This document shows, in pieces, positions 58,239-64,000 of a stretch of DNA of 64,000 nucleotides. Within the stretch, counting starts at the first letter, position 1, and the number at the start of each line of letters is the position of its first letter. This DNA is from a bacterium (GTDB lineage: Bacteria; Patescibacteriota; Minisyncoccia; Phycocordibacterales; UBA2100): assembly GCA_030648265.1 (NCBI GenBank), contig JAUSHX010000028.1, forward strand, positions 249-64,248, written 5' to 3'. A program made the translations under genes and the position numbers. The notes beneath the pieces were generated by a model. That model did no database searches. It saw nothing but the letters and a program-made list of their open reading frames with translations, and was not told the DNA's origin.

Positions 58239-59549
58239 CTAACCTAATGAGCTGAACAAATGTTCTGCAATTCTGTCAGATGGCAGGGTGAGCTCGTTGC
58301 CGGTGGCGAGATTCTTTATCGTGTAGCGCCCGGATTCTCTCTCTTGCGCTCCAATAGCGATAACGAACGGCACCTTCATTTTATCGGCTTGGCGTATCTG
58401 GTCGCCGATGCGTTTTCCGGAGAAGTTCACGGCGACATTTACATCTTCTCTCCGCAGTTCTTGGGCGAGGCGCATAGCGTGCGGGAGGGCCGCGGTATCT
58501 ACAACGCACAACATGAGTTCTGTCGCCGGAGCATACACGGGTAACAGGTTATGCGCCTCAAGGAAATCGCGCGCGGTGACATCGCCCATTCCAAAACCGA
58601 CGGCCGGAATAGAAGAGCCACCTCCGCCAGAGGCGGATCCTCCTCCGGAGGAGAAGAGCGAAAGCAGGTTGTCGTATCGCCCTCCGCCGAAAATTGACCT
58701 CCTGTTATTTTCGTCGGTGTCATAAACCTCAAACACCATGCCCGTGTAGTAGTCAAATCCGCGCGTTATTTTCGTGTCTACAACCATGTTGTGCACGCCC
58801 ATCGATTCAAGCTGCGTGCGCAATTCTTCCAGATATGCCGTGCTCGTCGTGCGCTCCAAAAGTTCCAATAGTTGTTCTGCTTTCTTGTTGCCCACCAGTG
58901 CCGGAAGTTTCTTATTAAAATCGGGACTTTTCCCGCGCGTGTCCAGGAGCCGCGTCAGTTGAGCACGAATCTCCGCATCAATCTCCACAGAATCATAAAT
59001 TGAATCAATAATCCGGCGGTCGGAAACGCGTATCTCAAAATTCCGCTCATCGGCTCCGAGCGAACGCATAACGCTGTGCGCGAGCGTGATGATTTCCGCA
59101 TCCGCTTCAACGCCGGAGGCACCCACTATATCGGCGTTCAACTGCCAGTGTTCGCGCAGGCGCCCGCGCTGCGGCCGTTCATAGCGGAACATGTTTGCGA
59201 TTGAGTACCACCGGGCTGGAAGTGATATTTCCCGCGCCTTGCTTGCCACCATGCGTGCGAATGTCGGAGTCATTTCAGGCCTCAGGGTTACCTCGCGGTC
59301 GCCGCGGTCTTTAAATGTATACGTCTGGTCATTGACTATTTCCTCGGAAGTCTTGCCACGATAGAGCTCACTCGGTTCCAATACGGAAGCGCTGTACTCC
59401 TCATAGCCAAAAAGCTCGCAGACGCGCTCCATGTGTTCAAAGAGGTAGCGTAAAACAAATTGGTCTTCGGGGTAAAAATCGCGGACGCCCTTGTATGGTT
59501 CAGAAGAAAGTTTCTCACCTCGTTTAGCCATTGGCATATTATGCACCAA
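58239..59549 (-). CDS. hisS: histidine–tRNA ligase
   Basis: Class II aaRS motifs incl. FRYERPQRGRLREHWQ; an in-frame Gly/Ser-rich insert (SSGGGSASGGGGSS). Confidence 0.95.
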   Translation of the reverse strand: MVHNMPMAKRGEKLSSEPYKGVRDFYPEDQFVLRYLFEHMERVCELFGYEEYSASVLEPSELYRGKTSEEIVNDQTYTFKDRGDREVTLRPEMTPTFARMVASKAREISLPARWYSIANMFRYERPQRGRLREHWQLNADIVGASGVEADAEIITLAHSVMRSLGADERNFEIRVSDRRIIDSIYDSVEIDAEIRAQLTRLLDTRGKSPDFNKKLPALVGNKKAEQLLELLERTTSTAYLEELRTQLESMGVHNMVVDTKITRGFDYYTGMVFEVYDTDENNRRSIFGGGRYDNLLSLFSSGGGSASGGGGSSIPAVGFGMGDVTARDFLEAHNLLPVYAPATELMLCVVDTAALPHAMRLAQELRREDVNVAVNFSGKRIGDQIRQADKMKVPFVIAIGAQERESGRYTIKNLATGNELTLPSDRIAEHLFSSLG

Positions 59550-59701
59550 AAATGCGTACGGGGAAGTGTAATGGACAATAGCAATTTGTTTTCGTCGAAA
59601 ATCTCCTGATTTTCGACGCGATTTTTGCTCCTTGGATTACCAAGGAAAAAATCGTTTGCAAAATGGCTTTAATACGATATAGTCTTGGGCACAAACCAGA
59701 T

Positions 59702-59809
59702 ATGTCGCAGGATCAACTTTTTAAACTCGCGTGTGCAAAGTGCGGCTGTATTAATGCCGACGTTACAGTCGGCACCCCGACCGCAGAGCGCGTCGGGGCT
59801 ATTGGCTAA
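59702..59809 (+). CDS. 35-codon upstream ORF duplicating the first 18 codons of rpmG (synonymously diverged), then hairpin-rich unique tail
   Basis: MSQDQLFKLACAKCGCIN… versus rpmG MSQDQLFKLACTKCGRIN…; ~75% nt, ~90% aa identity. Confidence 0.4.
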   Translation: MSQDQLFKLACAKCGCINADVTVGTPTAERVGAIG

Positions 59810-59819
59810 CTTTTATCGT

Positions 59820-59978
59820 ATGTCTCAAGATCAACTTTTCAAATTAGCCTGCACAAAGTGTGGAAGAATAAATTATTGGTCGCGCAAAAACCGCAAGCTT
59901 GTCACGCGCAAAATTGAACTGAAGAAGTACTGCAAATGGTGTCGCGCTCATATTAAGCACAAGGAGGCGAAAAAGTAG
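59820..59978 (+). CDS. rpmG: 50S ribosomal protein L33
   Basis: CTKCGRINYWSRKNRK…KKYCKWCRAHIKHKE zinc-ribbon L33 pattern, 52 aa. Confidence 0.85.
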   Translation: MSQDQLFKLACTKCGRINYWSRKNRKLVTRKIELKKYCKWCRAHIKHKEAKK

Positions 59979-60115
59979 CTTCTAGCGACTAGGGGCTAGG
60001 TGATAGGAGAAAGAAGGTATGTTCCTTGGTTTGCCCAAAAAGGTAACCCGGTTGTGGACAACTGACCGTGTTAGTCCAACGATAAGGTATAATGTAACCG
60101 TAGATGTAGGTTCGT

Positions 60116-60784
60116 ATGCTCGCCAAAACATCGGAGAAGGAAAAAGCCATAAAGTTGCGGTCACGGGGTCATTCTTTGAATGAGATTTCTGATTTGCTCA
60201 AAATCTCGAAATCATCGGCCTCACTTTGGTTACGCGACGTACCTTTGTCCGAACAAGCAAGGAAAATAATCTTCCAGAAGCGCGAGCACGCTCGACTCAA
60301 ATCTGCACTAACGCACCACGCCCAGTTGCGGAAGCGACTTGATGAAGCTGAAGCATTTGCAGACGAGACTGTATCAACAATAAAGTTGGACAAGGCAATG
60401 TCTCGGGTAATGTGTTCGATATTGTATTGGTGCGAGGGCGAAAAAACCAACACGGACAAAACTCTAACATTTGCCAACTCTGACCCTAAACTTATTGCAA
60501 CATTCCTGGCTATGTTAAGGAAAGGTTTCGAGATTAACGAGAAAAAGCTTAGGGTGTGCCTGCATCTCCATGATTATCATGACGAAAAGCGGCAAATCGC
60601 ATTCTGGTCACGGATAACTGGTATACCGGCTACTCAATTCTCGAAAACGTATAACAAGCCACATACGGGCAAACGTACAAAGGAAGGATATGCAGGATGT
60701 GCAAGTATACGGTATTATGACACTCGAATCGCTCGGCAGGTGCAAGCCACGGCGCGAGCGTTTCTAAGGAAAACGGGCCTATAG
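60116..60784 (+). CDS. hypothetical HTH-containing protein; stop codon lies inside tRNA-Trp
   Basis: N-terminal HTH (LRSRGHSLNEISDLLKISKSSASLWLR); weak LAGLIDADG-like segment SILYWCEGEKT, not asserted. Confidence 0.4.
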   Translation: MLAKTSEKEKAIKLRSRGHSLNEISDLLKISKSSASLWLRDVPLSEQARKIIFQKREHARLKSALTHHAQLRKRLDEAEAFADETVSTIKLDKAMSRVMCSILYWCEGEKTNTDKTLTFANSDPKLIATFLAMLRKGFEINEKKLRVCLHLHDYHDEKRQIAFWSRITGIPATQFSKTYNKPHTGKRTKEGYAGCASIRYYDTRIARQVQATARAFLRKTGL

Positions 60785-60846
60785 TTCAATGGCTAGAATT
60801 TCTCTCTCCAAAAGAGAAGATCAAGGTTCGAATCCTTGTGGGCCCG
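60775..60846 (+). tRNA. tRNA-Trp(CCA), CCA not encoded
   Basis: GGGCCTATAGTTCAATGGCTAGAATTTCTCTCTCCAAAAGAGAAGATCAAGGTTCGAATCCTTGTGGGCCCG. Confidence 0.75.
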
Positions 60847-60850
60847 CAAT

Positions 60851-61453
60851 ATGAATGAAAAAGAATATTGGAAAAATCGCTGGGTTACAGGTGAGAGGAA
60901 TCCCCCTAATCCTTTTGCGAAAAAGGCTTATGCCCTAATAAGAAAAAGGAATTATATAACCTTGCTTGATATTGGCTGTGGTGATGGCAGAGATTCACTA
61001 TATTTTGCGGAAAAAGGTCTAAGGGTTAGCGCGCTCGATTTCTCGAAAAACGGCGTTACAAACCTCAAGTCACTGAATTCGAATATCAAAACGTATGTTG
61101 GCGATATCAGAAAAATGCCATTCGGGCAAAACTCATTCGATATTGTTTATGCACATCTGAGTTTGCATTATTTCGATGACAAGGAGACTGATAAAATATT
61201 TGAGAATCTTTATCGTATTCTGAAGAAGGGCGGATTGATTTTTGTGAAATGCAAATCTACGGACGATGCGCTGTATGGTAAGGGAGAGAAACGCGGTCCC
61301 GACATGTATCGCGATGGACATTTGCGGCATTTTTTCTCAAAAGAGTACATGGCCAGTAAGATGAAGAAGTTCAAGATACTTAAACTCCGTAAGACATCGT
61401 CTGTTTACGACCTTTATAAGTCGTCCTTTATTGAGGCGATTGCTACAAAGTAA
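60851..61453 (+). CDS. class I SAM-dependent methyltransferase
   Basis: Motif I LLDIGCGDGRDSLYFAEKG. Confidence 0.75.
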   Translation: MNEKEYWKNRWVTGERNPPNPFAKKAYALIRKRNYITLLDIGCGDGRDSLYFAEKGLRVSALDFSKNGVTNLKSLNSNIKTYVGDIRKMPFGQNSFDIVYAHLSLHYFDDKETDKIFENLYRILKKGGLIFVKCKSTDDALYGKGEKRGPDMYRDGHLRHFFSKEYMASKMKKFKILKLRKTSSVYDLYKSSFIEAIATK

Positions 61454-61508
61454 CATTTCAACGTCATAGCATCCAACTTGCTAGACTTATACCTTATAAT
61501 GCAAGGCG

Positions 61509-61832
61509 ATGCTTCACCTTCATTTACGCAAACGACTGATGGGTGCTATTGAGCCGTACCCCGCGCGTACTTTCGGGAAAAGGTTTCTTGATATCGCAGT
61601 ATATGTTGCCGGCATATTGGGTCCGGTCATGTCCCTGCCGCAAGTTATCCTCGTGTATGTCGGTCAGGATGTGGCGGGTATTTCAGTCATTTCCTGGCTT
61701 GGGTGGGCAATGCTTGATGTCCCATTCATTATCTACGGCTTTGCACATAAGGAGCGCCCGATAATAATTACGTATACGCTCTGGATGCTGATTAATTTCT
61801 CCGTGGCAATCGGGGCTGTTATTTACGGATAA
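61509..61832 (+). CDS. PQ-loop/SemiSWEET-like small membrane protein
   Basis: 3 TM, conserved SLPQV PQ motif, 107 aa. Confidence 0.5.
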   Translation: MLHLHLRKRLMGAIEPYPARTFGKRFLDIAVYVAGILGPVMSLPQVILVYVGQDVAGISVISWLGWAMLDVPFIIYGFAHKERPIIITYTLWMLINFSVAIGAVIYG

Positions 61833-61852
61833 ATATCTGCAGCCTTAAACCT

Positions 61853-61896
61853 ACCGAAAACATTCTCATATTCTTAAGAATATGAGAATGTTTTTA
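61853..61896. terminator. bidirectional terminator palindrome gaaaacattctcatattcttaagaatatgagaatgttttt
   Basis: ~17-bp perfect stem followed by T-tract; the same family as the palindromes at 25869–26005. Confidence 0.7.
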
Positions 61897-61936
61897 GACC
61901 AAATGCGCAATTCAATGGAGGGCGTATAATGTTTGG

Positions 61937-62653
61937 ATGAAGCGGGTACTGGTTGTCGGCGGGTCTGAAGAGTATTCGGGGGCTGTATTCCTTGTTGGAA
62001 TTGCCGCCCTACGCTCGGGCGCCGAATCGGTGGTTGTGATGGCGCCGAAAAAAGTCGCCTGGGCACTGAACGCACTTTCGCCGGATTTGGTAACCCGGAA
62101 ATTGAAGGGGGAATATCTTTCGCTTTCGCACAAAATGCAGATTCTTCGCCAGCTCAAAACAGCAGATGTGCTCGTGATAGGGAACGGTACTACGACTCGG
62201 CCGGCTACAGCCGCTTTGATGCGCGCTCTGTGCGCGTGGCCCGGGAAGAAGGTGATTGACGCGGATGCGCTCAAAGTGCTTCGCGGAAACAAGACTTCAA
62301 ATGCGATTCTTACGCCCAATGCGGGCGAATGGAAATTACTGGAGAAGAACCGTGATATCAAGAAACTTCTCGCACAGAACATTGTCATTATAAAAAAGGG
62401 AATGCCGACGAAGATTATTTCCAAAACACAAACGTTTCGGCAGAAGCAAACGAACCGTGGATTGGATAAGGCCGGCACCGGCGACGTGCTTGCCGGCCTG
62501 TGCGCCGGATATCTGGCGCTGGGGCTTTCCTTATGGGATGCAGCAAAGCAGGCTTGCGAGACAGGAAATACGATTGCAGAACTTCTTACAAAGAAAAAGA
62601 AAGGGTACTATTTCCTCGCTAGCGATATTGTGCAGGAATTAAAGAAGAGTTAA
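61937..62653 (+). CDS. nnrD: ADP-dependent NAD(P)H-hydrate dehydratase (YjeF C-terminal/carbohydrate kinase fold)
   Basis: VLVVGGSEEYSGA…GTGDVLAGL. Confidence 0.8.
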   Translation: MKRVLVVGGSEEYSGAVFLVGIAALRSGAESVVVMAPKKVAWALNALSPDLVTRKLKGEYLSLSHKMQILRQLKTADVLVIGNGTTTRPATAALMRALCAWPGKKVIDADALKVLRGNKTSNAILTPNAGEWKLLEKNRDIKKLLAQNIVIIKKGMPTKIISKTQTFRQKQTNRGLDKAGTGDVLAGLCAGYLALGLSLWDAAKQACETGNTIAELLTKKKKGYYFLASDIVQELKKS

Positions 62654-62710
62654 ACGTTCTCCCAATTTCTAATATTCCATATCCTACGCCATGGCGTAGG
62701 ATATGGAATA

Positions 62711-63613
62711 TTATTTTTGTAGCCAATTGATTACTCGGCCAGAAATTCTATTCGTTTCCTTCGGATTTAACCATTTAATTGCTTTATTACGTCGCCAGTA
62801 AGTAATTTGCCTCTTTGCATAACGCATGCTCTCGCGCACCAACATTTCGTCAAATTCTTTGCGCGAGATTTTCTTCTGCAAAAGGAGGGCTAGAAATTTG
62901 TAATCAAGACCTAGAGATTCCATTTTTTTGTACGACAGACCTTTTTTGTGCAGAGACCTTGCCTCCGCTATCATACCTAGTCTAATTCGCGCGAATAAGC
63001 GAATAGTGATTCTCTCTTCCAATTTTTTCATAGGTAGCGCGATACCTATCCACAGCACATCATACCAAGGACCGTCCTTGGTATTGGATACATGGATATA
63101 GCCCAAAGCGGAGGCAATTTCAAGAGCACGGACAAGACGCCGTTTGTTGTGCCTGTCTATTTCTTTGGCTCGCCGGGGGTCGCGTTTTTTCAGGAGCGCG
63201 AATAATTTCTCCGCAGTCATTTTCTCAAGCTGTTCCCGAAGCTTGATGTTCATGGGTACATTTGGCAGAGCAATCCGGCCAAGCAAGGCGTCAATATAGA
63301 ATCCCGTGCCTCCGGCAACTATGGGTAATTTACCCCTACACGCAACTCGGACGGCCGTCCGAGTTGCGTGTGTTACGAAATCATGAGCAGTGAATATCCG
63401 TTTTGGAGAGACAACATCTAACAAGTGATGAGGGACGCCCCTCATTTCTTGTTTTGTTATTTTTCCCGTTCCTAAGTCCAGTCCTTTGTATACTTGCCGC
63501 GAATCTGCGGAAATGATTTCGCCCCCGAATTTGCGAGCGAGCTCAACAGCCAAGGCGCTTTTGCCGGATGCCGTAGGGCCGACAATAACAAGCACCTTTT
63601 GCCTCTTTTGCAT
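62711..63613 (-). CDS. miaA: tRNA dimethylallyltransferase
   Basis: P-loop GPTASGKSALAV and ISADSRQVYKGLDLGTGK. Confidence 0.9.
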   Translation of the reverse strand: MQKRQKVLVIVGPTASGKSALAVELARKFGGEIISADSRQVYKGLDLGTGKITKQEMRGVPHHLLDVVSPKRIFTAHDFVTHATRTAVRVACRGKLPIVAGGTGFYIDALLGRIALPNVPMNIKLREQLEKMTAEKLFALLKKRDPRRAKEIDRHNKRRLVRALEIASALGYIHVSNTKDGPWYDVLWIGIALPMKKLEERITIRLFARIRLGMIAEARSLHKKGLSYKKMESLGLDYKFLALLLQKKISRKEFDEMLVRESMRYAKRQITYWRRNKAIKWLNPKETNRISGRVINWLQK

Positions 63614-63731
63614 GGGCTCTACAGTACAGGAACGGACAGATAAGTGCCAATATCCTGCGCAGTTGGTGGCTTGCGTATGGTTAAGCGCACCATATAATTA
63701 GATTTAATCTTAATAATTTAGAAATAACCGC

Positions 63732-64000
63732 ATGGCGTCACCAGAAAGACCAACAAGACGAGATTTTCTCAAGGGTGCTAGCGCTCTTGTGCTTGGGGCA
63801 ATAGTTCCCAAGGGAGCAAAAAGTGCAGAATCTGAACCCAAGCAAACAGAGCATAAAGAAAGTCCAGAACAGTTGAAAGACAGAAATACAACAATTGGAC
63901 TTGAGATAGGCATACTCAATTCGTTTGATGAAACTGACATAGAGCTTCTTATAAAGGAGGGGAAGTTGCCGGTTGACAAGATATTTCAATTTACCAAGGG
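63732..64000 (+). CDS. Tat-signal (RRDFLKGASALV) secreted protein, 3'-truncated by the window edge
   Basis: Twin-arginine motif followed by a hydrophobic stretch. Confidence 0.4.
   Translation, partial: MASPERPTRRDFLKGASALVLGAIVPKGAKSAESEPKQTEHKESPEQLKDRNTTIGLEIGILNSFDETDIELLIKEGKLPVDKIFQFTK

Noticed and set aside
60116-60784. LAGLIDADG homing endonuclease assignment for the HTH protein
   Set aside because: Only a single weak LAGLIDADG-like stretch (ILYWCEGEKT); not enough to call the family without a profile search.

Overview
64 kb window from a small-genome bacterium. The content resembles an uncultivated CPR/Patescibacteria-type lineage, but that is an inference from gene content and cannot be verified here.

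Main blocks, left to right:
- 1–16.2 kb: a large type IV pilus / DNA-uptake cluster. It carries comFC, pilM-pilN-pilO-(pilP-like), pilB, a CheY-like receiver, pilT, pilC, three tandem major-pilin paralogues, the prepilin peptidase pilD and four minor pseudopilins.
- 16.3–21.6 kb: ligA, gatC, gatA, a hypothetical membrane protein, tRNA-Met and a free-standing 87-aa GIY-YIG (UPF0213-type) nuclease.
- 21.7–35.6 kb: an accessory/defence island. It encodes Fic, RadC, an AbiEi/AbiEii pair, a T5orf172 (GIY-YIG-like)/DUF4357 protein, a divergent HNH endonuclease facing a 970-aa HTH + amino-MTase + C5-MTase fusion, a truncated Schlafen-like ATPase, a PD-(D/E)xK nuclease fused to an N6-MTase, and a Panacea(DUF4065)–RelE/ParE-like pair.
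- 35.7–46.4 kb: housekeeping genes: ilvD, a DsrE-like protein, ilvC, an ABC ATPase, an ATP-grasp protein, a CDF transporter, DUF1761 and DUF192 proteins, and class II RNR nrdJ.
- 46.4–64 kb: RNase P RNA, an O-antigen-ligase-like/TPR membrane protein, murJ, lepA, an FtsB-like protein, an HxlR regulator, an FMN reductase, a glutaredoxin, a DEDD exonuclease, hisS, rpmG, nnrD, miaA, and tRNAs Gly, Phe and Trp plus a degenerate Arg-like tRNA.

Most unusual observations:
- A repeat family with 16–21 bp inverted-repeat arms (ccccttaccacttt / aaagtggtaagggg) lies in frame between the start codon and the prepilin cleavage motif of three consecutive minor pseudopilins. In one copy the arms enclose a complete GIY-YIG nuclease domain. 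Small non-coding hairpin copies with the same arms occur between the pilus genes.
- A composite palindromic repeat with a covarying hairpin (module 'gtaagatttctaag…ctaacaaaatctaac') fills entire intergenic spacers, stop codon to ATG, at seven or more sites.
- Heptanucleotide tandem-repeat arrays sit at gene 5' ends.
- A recurrent 13-mer palindrome (gcagtctgactgc) is even inserted in frame inside pilD.
- rpmG has a duplicated, synonymously diverged 5' end.
- A tandem ~590-bp repeat precedes rnpB.
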